In this document: one piece after another, positions 9,949 through 20,029 of the stretch | How the letters are laid out: each line of letters opens with the position of its first letter | Numbering within the stretch: the stretch's first letter is position 1 | NCBI GenBank assembly: GCA_965223325.1 | Contig: CBDCWI010000002.1 | Span: 3,456,001-3,520,000 of the forward strand | DNA length: 64,000 nucleotides | DNA from: Candidatus Multivoradales bacterium | GTDB lineage: Bacteria > Acidobacteriota > Thermoanaerobaculia > Multivoradales > Multivoraceae | Direction of reading: 5' to 3' | Position numbers and translations under genes: made by a program | The notes under the pieces: generated by a model | The model's database searches: none | Seen by the model: only the letters and a program-made list of their open reading frames with translations | What the model was told of the DNA's origin: nothing

Positions 9949-10063
9949 TGTTTCACGTGAAACATCCGGGCGGGCGACCTGGGGGCTTCGGCTGAGGAAT
10001 GTTTCACGTGAAACATCCTCGGCGTGCGGTCTCAGGTCCCAGCGGAATGTTTCACGTGAAACA
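9949..10063. promoter_or_regulatory. parS: Three perfect parS centromere sites
   Basis: TGTTTCACGTGAAACA at 9949-9964, 10000-10015 and 10048-10063, directly upstream of rsmG-parA-parB. Confidence 0.96.
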
Positions 10064-10184
10064 TTCCCCCTCTCTAGGGCCCCGGCCAAGGGCGCTGCCC
10101 GGTGCCCGCTCATCTGTCAAAGTGGGGACTCCCCCGAGAGCAGCCAGCCTCCTGGCTTGATTGGTTTACAAAGGCGAGCGACCT

Positions 10185-12137
10185 ATGGCCACCACCCCGA
10201 AACCTAGCGACGAACCGACCCCTGCACGCGAGGCGGTGCCGAAGAAGTCGCGCTGGGGGTGTTTTCTGCGGGCTCTCGGCCTGGCCCTCCTGGTCCTTCT
10301 CTTGATCTACCCGGTCGTGGGCAACCTGCTGCTCAAGACCGAGAGGGGCCGCAACCTGATCCTGCCCCGCAACGACCGCGTCAAGATCGTCTGGTCGAGC
10401 GCCTACACGATCCTGCCCGGCATCGTTCACCTTGAGGGCTTCCACCTCGCCCACCAGGCACGGCGCCTGGACTGGCAGATCGACATCGACCAGGCGCGCA
10501 TCAACATCTGGCTGCCGTCGCTGTTGCGCAAGAAACTGGCTGTGCGCTCGATCGGCGGCTACGGCTTCTCCTGTCAATTCGACCGCGTTGGAGAGCCGCG
10601 GGTGTTTGAGAAGAAGACCCGCAAGCGGCCCTGGACGCTCGCCTTCTCCGGCATCGAGTTGCAGGGCTTCAGACACTGCCGGATGGGCGGGCACGAGCTC
10701 CAGCCCGCCGAGCAAGACGGCGAGGCGACCGTTCGCGGCAGCGTCGAGTTCGAGATCCGCGGCGACATGAAACTCGACAGCGACCTCGAAATCTCAACCC
10801 TCGCTCTGGTACGCGATGGGCGTCGGGTGGCCTTCGTCGACCAGTTCGACCTGGCACTACGTAGTGATGCTTTCGCTCCCCGCGAAGTCAAAGGTCGCCA
10901 GCTCCTGCGTCACGTGAGCGGCGAGCTGACGCTCGACACCGAGACCTCTAGCCTCGGCTTCCTCAACGCCTACCTATCGAAAGCCGACTGGCTCGACCTG
11001 ACCGCCGGCACTGGTCGACTGCAGGCTGACTTGAGCGTTGATCGCGGTGTGCTCGGTAGCGCCTCGCGCTTGCACTTCTTGAGCGAGGACCTGCGACTGC
11101 GCTACCTCGATTGGCAGGCACTGGGTAAGAGCGAGTTCATCGGACAAGTGGAAGCCGAAAGGCCGCGGTTCGCCGCCGCCTTCCAGGAGTTCGAAGTCGG
11201 CCCCAAGGATGCCGAGGTGGGCCACATCACCGGTCGCGAGCTCACGGTCTCCATGGATCTGTCCACCAACGATCTCGCCGAAACTCCAGATGTCGACCTG
11301 GTGCTGGACCTGCCGGAGTCAGACGTCGCCGATCTCTCGTCGTACGACGACTTCCTTCCACCCGGAGCGGGAATCGAAATCGTCGCCGGCAGTGGGCGCG
11401 CCTCGGCTCACCTCGAGCTCAGCACCCTGAACGATCACGGCGAGGGAACCATGACCCTGTCGTCCGACAACCTCGAGGCGCGCTCCGGTGGCCTCGAGCT
11501 GGCAGGCCAGATACGCCTCGCGGCAGTCCTCGACGAAGCCGATCTCGAACAGCGCACCTTTGCTCTCGACGGCACGCGCCTCGAACTCAACGGGCTCAGC
11601 TTGCGCCAGGAAGGCGAGCTGGTCCAGGAGGACTGGGCCGGCGCGATCGAACTCGCCGATGGGCGCCTCCGACTCGAGCGCCCGCTGACCGGCCAATCCC
11701 ACCTGCAATTCGAGATGACGGATGCGCGGCCAATCCTGGCCTTCTTCGCCGAGCGCAAGCCCAAGCTCGACACGGTGGCGCGGTTGCTCAAGGTGCGCGA
11801 CATCAAGGGCAGCACCGATCTCGGTCTCTCCAGCGAGACCACGATCATCGACGCGCTCGAGCTCGAGGCCAACCGCCTGAGGCTCGAAGGTCGCCTCTGT
11901 CTCGGCAAGGGGTCACGCAACGGCGCCCTGCACGCGCGCACCTTCGGCGTCGGGGCTGCGGCCTGGTTCGAAGATAGCGACCGTCGGTGGACGCTCCTGC
12001 GGCCGCGACGCTGGTACGAGGAGAAGCTGGCCGAAGTCGACTGCCAGCTCGACCAGGGGCAAGACGAACCGGGCTCCGTGGTCCCCGAGACCGCTACCGA
12101 GGCCGCGGCCCAAGCGCCGCCAGACGAAAGCCAGTAG
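10185..12137 (+). CDS. Membrane-anchored beta-rich periplasmic protein, AsmA/TamB-like
   Basis: One N-terminal TM, then about 600 aa of repetitive amphipathic beta-strands; host-like codon usage; family is an inference. Confidence 0.5.
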   Translation: MATTPKPSDEPTPAREAVPKKSRWGCFLRALGLALLVLLLIYPVVGNLLLKTERGRNLILPRNDRVKIVWSSAYTILPGIVHLEGFHLAHQARRLDWQIDIDQARINIWLPSLLRKKLAVRSIGGYGFSCQFDRVGEPRVFEKKTRKRPWTLAFSGIELQGFRHCRMGGHELQPAEQDGEATVRGSVEFEIRGDMKLDSDLEISTLALVRDGRRVAFVDQFDLALRSDAFAPREVKGRQLLRHVSGELTLDTETSSLGFLNAYLSKADWLDLTAGTGRLQADLSVDRGVLGSASRLHFLSEDLRLRYLDWQALGKSEFIGQVEAERPRFAAAFQEFEVGPKDAEVGHITGRELTVSMDLSTNDLAETPDVDLVLDLPESDVADLSSYDDFLPPGAGIEIVAGSGRASAHLELSTLNDHGEGTMTLSSDNLEARSGGLELAGQIRLAAVLDEADLEQRTFALDGTRLELNGLSLRQEGELVQEDWAGAIELADGRLRLERPLTGQSHLQFEMTDARPILAFFAERKPKLDTVARLLKVRDIKGSTDLGLSSETTIIDALELEANRLRLEGRLCLGKGSRNGALHARTFGVGAAAWFEDSDRRWTLLRPRRWYEEKLAEVDCQLDQGQDEPGSVVPETATEAAAQAPPDESQ

Positions 12138-12212
12138 CAGCGCCTCTGAGCCGCCCGGAGGCCGCTCACTCTTGGGGAGGCCGCGCCGGGCGTCCCCCGA
12201 ACAAAGACGCAA

Positions 12213-13256
12213 CTAGAGTTCGCGGATCATCACCCGCTTGAAGTAGCCATCACCGATGCTCTCGGTTTCGACGTCTTCATTGTTGGCGAGCTCGAGGTGA
12301 ATCACGCGGCGGTCGGCAGGGTGCATCGGGCGCAAGGTCTTGGGGCGCCCCTGGTCGGCGACCTGGCTGGCAACCCGGCGGGCGAGTTCGCGCAGCTCGT
12401 CTTCCCGGTCCTCTTGGTAGTTGTCGCAATCGACCCGGCAGTGAACGATGTGGCCGACATCCGAATGCAAAAGTCGCGGCAGTAGATGCTGCATCGCCCG
12501 CAACACCTGCCCGTCGTCTTCTACGGCAGCCGGCTCGTCCTCGCCGTGAAGCTCGATCTCGATGCCGTCGCGTCCAGACCAGATGTCTGCCGCTAACTCG
12601 AGCCTGGCAAGCTCGCACAAGCGCTTGACCCAGACCTTGGCCGCCGCGACCGCTTCCGGTGACGCGGCGTGATCCTCGTTGTCGCGGTCGCTGCCGGCCG
12701 CGGGAGCCTGGCGGCGACCTCTCCCCGAGCGCGAAGGCTTGCGCGCCGGCTCTGGTTCTCCCGGCTCTGGTTCTGTCGGCTCAGTATCTTCCAGCCCAGA
12801 ATCTTCCACACCTGGCTCGACCGCTGTTTCGGCCTCCTGTGGCTCTTCCGCAAGCTCTTCGGCAACTGGAGCCGCTTCTTCCTGATCCGCATGGTGCTCT
12901 AGCACCTCGCCCTCTGACGCGGGAGCGCTGTTGGGCCCGTCCGCCAGCTCCTCGGCCTCGACGAGCATCGTGCCCGGTTGCTCCTCGTCGGTTGCCGCCT
13001 CCGGCTCATCCGCCGCAACCACCGGCGCGGCCGGCGCGGCCGGCGGAACCGGTGGGGTCGGAGGCGCTGCCTCTGCCTGTTCGAGCCGCGGACTGTTGGG
13101 GTCGACCTTGAGCACCACACCGCGCCGGGCACGCACGAAGCCCTGCCGCTTGACCTCCTGGTAGGCCAGCTCTGCCGGCGGCACTCCGTGGTGACGTGCC
13201 GCTTTGGCGATTGCCTGCTCGAGGTTGGTTGCCGAGAAATAGGTGCGATTCGACAT
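12213..13256 (-). CDS. jag: Jag/KhpB (EloR) RNA-binding protein
   Basis: Jag_N (NLEQAIAKAA..LAYQEV), acidic Pro-rich linker, KH-like domain, R3H (PMHPADRRVIH..ETESIGDG); follows yidC. Confidence 0.9.
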   Translation of the reverse strand: MSNRTYFSATNLEQAIAKAARHHGVPPAELAYQEVKRQGFVRARRGVVLKVDPNSPRLEQAEAAPPTPPVPPAAPAAPVVAADEPEAATDEEQPGTMLVEAEELADGPNSAPASEGEVLEHHADQEEAAPVAEELAEEPQEAETAVEPGVEDSGLEDTEPTEPEPGEPEPARKPSRSGRGRRQAPAAGSDRDNEDHAASPEAVAAAKVWVKRLCELARLELAADIWSGRDGIEIELHGEDEPAAVEDDGQVLRAMQHLLPRLLHSDVGHIVHCRVDCDNYQEDREDELRELARRVASQVADQGRPKTLRPMHPADRRVIHLELANNEDVETESIGDGYFKRVMIREL

Positions 13257-13431
13257 GGTCTCTGTCTCCGCCGCCCCTCTCACTCGGGGCGCTCTTTTTT
13301 GGAAGTTGGGTTGATGCCGCAACCGAAGACTCGTGCATCGGAGGTGCGGTGCGGCGGTGGTCGTCGTCGATCGGGTCGGTAGAAGTTGTGCTTGGGTGTC
13401 GTCGAGGGCCCGGAGGCCGCCGTTCTTGTAT

Positions 13432-15297
13432 TCAGGTCGTCGAGCGGGCGGGGCGGTTCTTCTTGTGGCCCTTGTTGGAGGCCTTGCCGCCCCCTTTCTT
13501 TCCGCCCGCTTTCTTGCCACCGGATTTGCCGCCGCCCTTGCCACCACCTTCGGCAGCCTCGCGCGCTCTGCGAATCCGGTTGTAGAAGAGCTGTTGCACG
13601 ATCGTCAGCAGGTTGTTGGTCAGCCAGTACAGCACCAGACCAGCGGGGAAACCGAGCGCGAACACGGTAAACCAGATCGGCATGGTCGTCATTACGATGC
13701 GCTGCGCCGCCTGCGGCGGCGTAGGCATCAAGCGAGTGTGAACCAACTGCGTGGCGCCCATGATGAGCGGTAGCGCGTAAATCGGATCGGGCGCGGAGAG
13801 ATCCTGGATCCAACCGATCCAGGGGGCATGCCAGAGTTCGACGGCACCGCGCAGCAAATAGTAAAACGACAAAAACACGGGAAATTGCACGAGCATCGGG
13901 AGGCAGCCCGCCGCCGGGTTGACGCCCTCCTCGCGCATCAGCGCCGAGATCTCCTCGTTCATCTTGCGCTGCTGCTCGAAGTCGGCCTTGCCGTGCTTGT
14001 CGCGCAGCTTGGGCTTGTACTTCTTGCGCACCGCGTCCATGCGCGGCTGCAGCTGCTGCATGTCCTGCATCGACTTGTGGCTCTTGTGCCGCAGCGGGAA
14101 GAGCACGACGTTGATCATCAGCGTCATCAAAACGATGCACCAGCCGTAGTTCGGAGTGACGTTGTCGTGCAGCCAGTTGAGGAGAATCAGCAATGGGCGC
14201 GATAGCGGCCTGAAGATTCCCCAGCGAATCGTACGTTCGAGCCCAATCTCGCGAGCCGCAAGCTCGTCGTACTTCTTGTCGCCCCAGAAGCCGGTTGCGG
14301 CCAATCGGTCTCCGGTTGGTTCGACCACCAGAAAAAGGTCGCGTGGCTCCTTTTTCTCCTTGCGGGTGGCGTCGGGCGACAACGGCAGATACTCATACAG
14401 CGAGGCTGCCGCCGAGTCAGCATCGCTCTGGTTCCCCGACTGCCCTTCCTCTGCCGCCGGCTCAGCACCGGTTGCGACGACCCGCCGCGGCACGACGTGC
14501 ACCGCGGTAATCGGCGTGCTGGGTGTGAGCGCGGTCAGGAAGTAGGTGTCTTCGAGTCCGATCCACTCGAGCCCCGCACCGGAAAGAGTGCGCGGCTTGG
14601 CGACCTTGGTGGCCGCCAGAGTCTCGAGATCGCCATCGATCCGCGCCACCGCACCATGCAGCTGGATGCGACTGGAGAGAAAGTCGAGGTCGGGGTTGCG
14701 CAGTCCGGGGCCGAGGAGAAGCCCCCAGGGCTCACGTGAACCCGGGTACTCGGCTTCGATCTCTATCGCCGCCTTGCCCAGGAGAGCGACGCGGCGCGTA
14801 GCCTCTCCCAGCGCGCCGCGGTATCTGAAAACCGCCTCCCTGCCGCCATCGGTCCTTCGCGTTTCGACCTCGAAGAGCGCATCATTGAGCGCCAGAGGTT
14901 CGCCAGCGACATTCACCCAGGCGAGCGGCCAGGCGTTGCCGGGGGCGCGCTGGCGAATGAGCTCGGCCCCACCGGTGGCGTTGTCGGCTTTGAGGCGCAG
15001 CGACACCAATTGACCGCCGCGGTTGGTCAGCCGGGCGATCGCGTGGTCGGTTTCGATCTCGACGATCTCCTCGATCGTCGCCTCGATGGGTTCCGCAACC
15101 GGCGCCAAGGAAGGCTCCGCAGTGCCCGTCGGCTGTGGGGACCTTGCTTCGGGCTGCGGGGGCTCCTCGGCCGCGGGCGCTTCGGTGACAGCCGGCGGCG
15201 GCGCCTGGACGGGCACCGGCGGCGGGAAAACCGCGTACCAGAGCAGGATGACCCCCACCGAAAGGATCGAAGCCAGCAGTAGTCGTCTGTTGTCCAT
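13432..15297 (-). CDS. yidC: Membrane protein insertase YidC
   Basis: MDNRRLLLA, NYGWCIVLMT, GVNPAAGCLPMLVQFP, WIQDLSAPDP, GLVLYWLTNN. Confidence 0.97.
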   Translation of the reverse strand: MDNRRLLLASILSVGVILLWYAVFPPPVPVQAPPPAVTEAPAAEEPPQPEARSPQPTGTAEPSLAPVAEPIEATIEEIVEIETDHAIARLTNRGGQLVSLRLKADNATGGAELIRQRAPGNAWPLAWVNVAGEPLALNDALFEVETRRTDGGREAVFRYRGALGEATRRVALLGKAAIEIEAEYPGSREPWGLLLGPGLRNPDLDFLSSRIQLHGAVARIDGDLETLAATKVAKPRTLSGAGLEWIGLEDTYFLTALTPSTPITAVHVVPRRVVATGAEPAAEEGQSGNQSDADSAAASLYEYLPLSPDATRKEKKEPRDLFLVVEPTGDRLAATGFWGDKKYDELAAREIGLERTIRWGIFRPLSRPLLILLNWLHDNVTPNYGWCIVLMTLMINVVLFPLRHKSHKSMQDMQQLQPRMDAVRKKYKPKLRDKHGKADFEQQRKMNEEISALMREEGVNPAAGCLPMLVQFPVFLSFYYLLRGAVELWHAPWIGWIQDLSAPDPIYALPLIMGATQLVHTRLMPTPPQAAQRIVMTTMPIWFTVFALGFPAGLVLYWLTNNLLTIVQQLFYNRIRRAREAAEGGGKGGGKSGGKKAGGKKGGGKASNKGHKKNRPARSTT

Positions 15298-15359
15298 GAA
15301 GTCTCTTGGGGGCCTGTTGGGCTATGAAATCGAAAGGTGTCGGGGCGCTCGAGCGATAG

Positions 15360-15602
15360 CTACGGATGACGGTGCCCATGGCTTCGCCCCGGCGCAGACG
15401 GCAGGTCGAGCCCGCCGGCCGAAAACGGCTGGCAGCGCGCCACCCGCCACAGGGCCAGGGCGGAGCCCAGCACCGGGCCCCGGGTACGGATAGCAAGCGC
15501 GGCGTACTCGGAGCAGCTGGGCGTGAACCGGCAGCTGCGCGGCAGAAGCGGCGACACGAAGCGCTTGTAGCCAGAAAGCACAACGAGCAGCAGCCGGCTC
15601 AC
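15360..15602 (-). CDS. yidD: Membrane protein insertion efficiency factor YidD
   Basis: YKRFVSPLLPRSCRFTPSCSEYA..RCQPFSAGGLD. Confidence 0.93.
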   Translation of the reverse strand: MSRLLLVVLSGYKRFVSPLLPRSCRFTPSCSEYAALAIRTRGPVLGSALALWRVARCQPFSAGGLDLPSAPGRSHGHRHP

Positions 15603-16000
15603 GACCTTCGTCTCCGGCGTGAAGAGCGCCCGCGGCGCGCGTCGCGCAGCAGGCGATAGAGCTCGCTCTGTAGCTCGTCGAACGTCGCCGCGGCCGCCGG
15701 CGGCTTCACGTGCACCACCAGATCAAGGGCTGGCATTTCCCGACGCTCTTCGAACCGCCGGTAGCTCTCCCGCAGGCGCCGACGAATCCGGTTCCGAACC
15801 ACGGCCTTGCCGACCTTGCGGCTGGCAGTGATTCCAAAACGCGGGTGAGTGAGGTCATTGGCAATCCAGTGAAGAACGAAGAAGGGTCCACCGCGACGTC
15901 GACCCAATCGGTAGCAACGCAGGTAGTCTGCACCCCGGCGAAGTCGCTCCTCGGGGAGCAACACCTCGGAGGCCACGGCCGGCTTACCGGCTCCCTGCAC
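15599..16000 (-). CDS. rnpA: Ribonuclease P protein component (start 16000 or 15976)
   Basis: RFGITASRKVGKAVVRNRIRRRLRE. Confidence 0.95.
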   Translation of the reverse strand: MQGAGKPAVASEVLLPEERLRRGADYLRCYRLGRRRGGPFFVLHWIANDLTHPRFGITASRKVGKAVVRNRIRRRLRESYRRFEERREMPALDLVVHVKPPAAAATFDELQSELYRLLRDARRGRSSRRRRRS

Positions 16001-16071
16001 CTCCGCAGCGGCTGGCTCGCGGTCCTCGCCGAGGGGGCGCGGGTTCCGAGTCGCCCTGGGCGCTCGAGGAG

Positions 16072-16206
16072 TCAGACGCAGAGCCGCTTGCGGCCCTTGC
16101 GGCGCCGGCGAGCGAGGATCTTGCGGCCGTTCTTGGTTTGCATGCGAGCGCGAAAGCCGTGCTTCTTCTTACGGCGGCGGTTGTTCGGCTGATAGGTACG
16201 TTTCAC
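16072..16206 (-). CDS. rpmH: 50S ribosomal protein L34
   Basis: Below the ORF cutoff; GTG start, [44 protein letters not shown]. Confidence 0.97.
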   Translation of the reverse strand: MKRTYQPNNRRRKKKHGFRARMQTKNGRKILARRRRKGRKRLCV

Positions 16207-16592
16207 GGCAGTTGCCCTTCCATTCTTGGAAAAACCGTCTTGGTGCCAACCACTCCTTGTTCGTTCGGCGGGAACCTGAGGCCAACCTATGCCCGGTCAT
16301 GCCGCCAGCGGGAGCGAACTGGCTGTCGCACAGAGAATCGGCTGATCACTAGCGAAAAGATGTCTCGAGCGACGATCTACTACGACCAGCCAACCGACGG
16401 TTTCACAGCGGCCCCTGAGCTGTTTGGCGGCACGCGTGAGTTCGAACTCCGGCGAACGATGGAGGTTATCTGCCCACTGGCGCGTCGGTCAAGACGCCCC
16501 GCAGAGCCGCGGCTTCGCTGGTTCGGTGGCCAGGTGCTCCCCGATTCGTCTATCATCCCGCGGTCGGGCCGCTTGTGGCCGGCTTCCTCGAC

Positions 16593-17048
16593 ATGAATGA
16601 CCTCGACTGGATGCAGATCGCGTTGGTTGAGGCGCGTCGTGGCGGAGAGGCGGGCGAGGTTCCGGTCGGGGCCCTGGTGGTCGAAGGAGAGCGCCTTCTC
16701 GCGAAGGCCCACAACCTCCGCGAACAGCAAGGGAACCCGGTAGCGCACGCCGAAGTGCTCGCGCTAGAACGAGCGGCCAGGCAGAGATCCGGTTGGCGAC
16801 TCGACGGGTGCACGCTCTACGTGACCCTCGAACCCTGCGCGATGTGCGCCGGGGCCCTGGTCAACAGTCGGATCGAGCGCCTGGTCTACGGGGCTCCGGA
16901 CCCCAAGGCTGGCTACTGCGGATCACTCGGAAACCTGGTCACCGACGAGCGGCTCAACCACCGCCTGACCGTCACGGCCGGGGTGCTGGAAGAGCAGTGC
17001 GGCGCCATCTTGCGAGACTTCTTCAGGAGGCTTCGCCAGGAAGGCTAG
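16593..17048 (+). CDS. tadA: tRNA adenosine(34) deaminase
   Basis: EVPVGA, AHAE, TLEPCAMC, DPKAG. Confidence 0.95.
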   Translation: MNDLDWMQIALVEARRGGEAGEVPVGALVVEGERLLAKAHNLREQQGNPVAHAEVLALERAARQRSGWRLDGCTLYVTLEPCAMCAGALVNSRIERLVYGAPDPKAGYCGSLGNLVTDERLNHRLTVTAGVLEEQCGAILRDFFRRLRQEG

Positions 17049-17159
17049 CGGCACACCGCAGCGGATCTTTGAAACGTCGATGAACAAACCCGATCGGTTC
17101 CCTGAACCGTCGGCTTGGCGAAGCAGTGCTTCAGAACAAGGCAACGTTTTCGAGTTCGA

Positions 17160-17730
<571 letters not shown>

Positions 17731-17970
17731 ACGCTGGAAGGACCTGACTAAACCGGCTCCCCTGGGGTTCTGTGCTGAGGATGGGCCGGAGAAGATGGTC
17801 TCCGGACTTCGCGCTTCGCGCGCCTGAATCTGGCTCTCGCTTCGCGCCGGAGGACTTGCTCGCGGATTACGGCGCCATCCGCCGCATCGACCCGGGGCCC
17901 TGCTGACAGCGATGTTTCTTCCCCGCTAAGATCAACGGCTGTTCCCCCTCCGTTCGGTTCGGTTCGAAGC

Positions 17971-18096
17971 GGGAATCTACGAAGGGCTCGGGCCCTGTGC
18001 ATCGAACGTCTCCGAACCTCGTCAGGCCCGGAAGGGAGCAGCGATAAGGTGTACGCGTCGAGTGCCGCAGCAAGCCGGAGTCCTTCGTAGATTCCC
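17971..18096 (+). ncRNA. ffs: Signal recognition particle RNA (4.5S type)
   Basis: Domain IV motif GTCAGGCCCGGAAGGGAGCAGC; long closing stem; canonical position before dnaX. Confidence 0.93.
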
Positions 18097-18140
18097 CTTC
18101 TCGGCGGCCACCCTTTCGCGTCGATCCCCGTGAGCACCTC

Positions 18141-19616
18141 ATGAGTTACCAGGTCCTGGCCCGCAAGTGGAGGCCACAGGAGTTTTCGGAGCTCATTGGC
18201 CAAGAGCCGATCGTTCAGGCGCTCGAGAACGCGCTGCGCGACGAGCGCATCGCCCAGGCCTATTTGTTTGCCGGTATTCGTGGAGTTGGCAAGACCACCG
18301 CTGCGCGGCTGTTGGCCAAGGCCCTGAATCGTGGGAGCTCGTCGGAGGACTCTCGGGCGGGCCGCGAGATCGTCTCTTCGGGTGATCTCGACGTGATTGA
18401 GGTCGACGCAGCGACCTACTCGAAGGTCGAGCAGGTGCGTGAACTCACCGAGAGCCTCCAGTATGCGCCGGCGGGAAGCAAGTACAAGGTGGTGATCATC
18501 GATGAGATCCATCGCCTCTCGCGACAGGCTTTTGATGCGCTGCTCAAGATCGTCGAAGAGCCGCCGCCACATCTCGTTTTCATCTTCGCCACCACCGAGA
18601 TCGAGGCTGTGCCGGCGACGATTCTCTCGCGTTGCCAGGAGTTCCACTTTCGGCGCGTGCCGGCGGCGGCGCTGGCGGGGTACCTCCGCAAGATCGCTGA
18701 CGCCGAGGAGATCACCGTCAGCGATACGGCCTTGCGCCTGATCGCCCGCGCCGGCGAAGGCAGCGTGCGCGATTCCGTCGCGCTTCTCGATCAGCTGGGA
18801 ACCTTCGGGTCGGGCAGCATCGATGACCAGGACGCCGTGCGACTGCTGGGCGGGCTCGACACGACCCTCTTCGAAGACCTGCTCGACGCAGTCCTGGGAG
18901 GCGAAAGCGCGCGAATCTCAGAGATCGTGCGCGACCTCGAGGCCGACGGGCACGACCCACGCAGTGCCTTCACCCAGTTTCTTTCCTACTGCCGCGATGC
19001 GCTGCACGTGGCGCTGGGGTCGGACCCGACACAGATCGATCTGCCGGCCGACGAGGTCGAGCGTCTGTCCGAGCGGGCGCGTGCGGCTGGCTACGAGAAC
19101 CTGTTGCGGATGCTCAACCAGCTCCTGCAGAGCGAGCAGGTCGTACGGCGATCCGAAGCCGGAGCCCTGGCACTCGAGGTTGCCTGGCTACGAGCGGCCG
19201 AGTTGCCGAAACTGGTTCAGATCGAGCGCATCCTCGCCTCCGGAGCCGGAGGTGGAGGCGGCGCCAAGTCACCGGAAACACGGGGGCGAAGCGGTGGCTC
19301 GGAAGTCTCTGGAGCTCGCGGCGCCAAGCGAGCCGCACCTCGCCCCCCAGCACCTCGCTCCCCAGCACCGCGCTCGTCAGCCAAACCTCCCCGCCGCCAA
19401 CAATCGAAACCCTCGAGGAAACCGACCGCTTCGAAGCCACCGCAGGCGCCAGCGGTTGAGCAGGCCGCCTCCGCTAATGCCGGGCCGAACGCCGAGTTGC
19501 TCGCCGAGGTCGAGAAGAACCCGACCGTCCAGGCAGTGCTCGACGTCTTCGGCGGTCGCATCGAGCGGGTCGAAAAGACCGAGCCCGTCGAATTAGCGGA
19601 ACCGGACCCCGCCTGA
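18141..19616 (+). CDS. dnaX: DNA polymerase III subunit gamma/tau
   Basis: YQVLARKWRPQEF, GIRGVGKTT, IIDEIH, LKIVEEPP, TILSRCQ, GSVRD. Confidence 0.96.
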   Translation: MSYQVLARKWRPQEFSELIGQEPIVQALENALRDERIAQAYLFAGIRGVGKTTAARLLAKALNRGSSSEDSRAGREIVSSGDLDVIEVDAATYSKVEQVRELTESLQYAPAGSKYKVVIIDEIHRLSRQAFDALLKIVEEPPPHLVFIFATTEIEAVPATILSRCQEFHFRRVPAAALAGYLRKIADAEEITVSDTALRLIARAGEGSVRDSVALLDQLGTFGSGSIDDQDAVRLLGGLDTTLFEDLLDAVLGGESARISEIVRDLEADGHDPRSAFTQFLSYCRDALHVALGSDPTQIDLPADEVERLSERARAAGYENLLRMLNQLLQSEQVVRRSEAGALALEVAWLRAAELPKLVQIERILASGAGGGGGAKSPETRGRSGGSEVSGARGAKRAAPRPPAPRSPAPRSSAKPPRRQQSKPSRKPTASKPPQAPAVEQAASANAGPNAELLAEVEKNPTVQAVLDVFGGRIERVEKTEPVELAEPDPA

Positions 19617-19687
19617 CGCCACGACACGACGCGTGCGATGATTCGGTGAAACGCACCCGCGCCCCCCTGGAGCGCGAACCCTGAGGA

Positions 19688-20002
19688 ATGTCGATGAACA
19701 TCAAGAAGCTGATGAAGCAGGCCGAGCAGATGCAGGCCCAGATGCAAGAGCGGGTCGCGGCCGTCGAAGTCGAGGCGACTTCCGGCGGCGGCATGGTGAC
19801 CGTCAAGATGAGCGGCACAAAAGAGCTGGTGGCAATCACGATCGACCCAGAGGTCGTTGACCCGGAAGACGCCGGCATGCTCGCCGACCTGGTGCTCGCA
19901 GCGGTCAACGAGGCCGGCCGCAAGGTCGACGAAGAGATTCAGGGTTCCCTCGGCGGTCTAACCGGCGGCATGCCCGGCCTTCCGGGAATCCCCGGCCTCT
20001 AG
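19688..20002 (+). CDS. ybaB: YbaB/EbfC nucleoid-associated protein
   Basis: MKQAEQMQ..SGGGMVTV..MLADLVLAAVNEA; between dnaX and recR. Confidence 0.94.
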   Translation: MSMNIKKLMKQAEQMQAQMQERVAAVEVEATSGGGMVTVKMSGTKELVAITIDPEVVDPEDAGMLADLVLAAVNEAGRKVDEEIQGSLGGLTGGMPGLPGIPGL

Positions 20003-20029
20003 AGAGCCGCGAGGGAACAGGAAAAGCGC

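Noticed and set aside
9949-10063. CRISPR-like look (16-24 bp palindromic repeats, ~30 bp spacers)
   Set aside because: The repeats are exact parS consensus beside parAB, there are only three, and no cas genes are present
9885-10113. ORF extensions with repeated MFHVKH / VSRET peptides
   Set aside because: These are translations of the parS palindrome, not protein repeats
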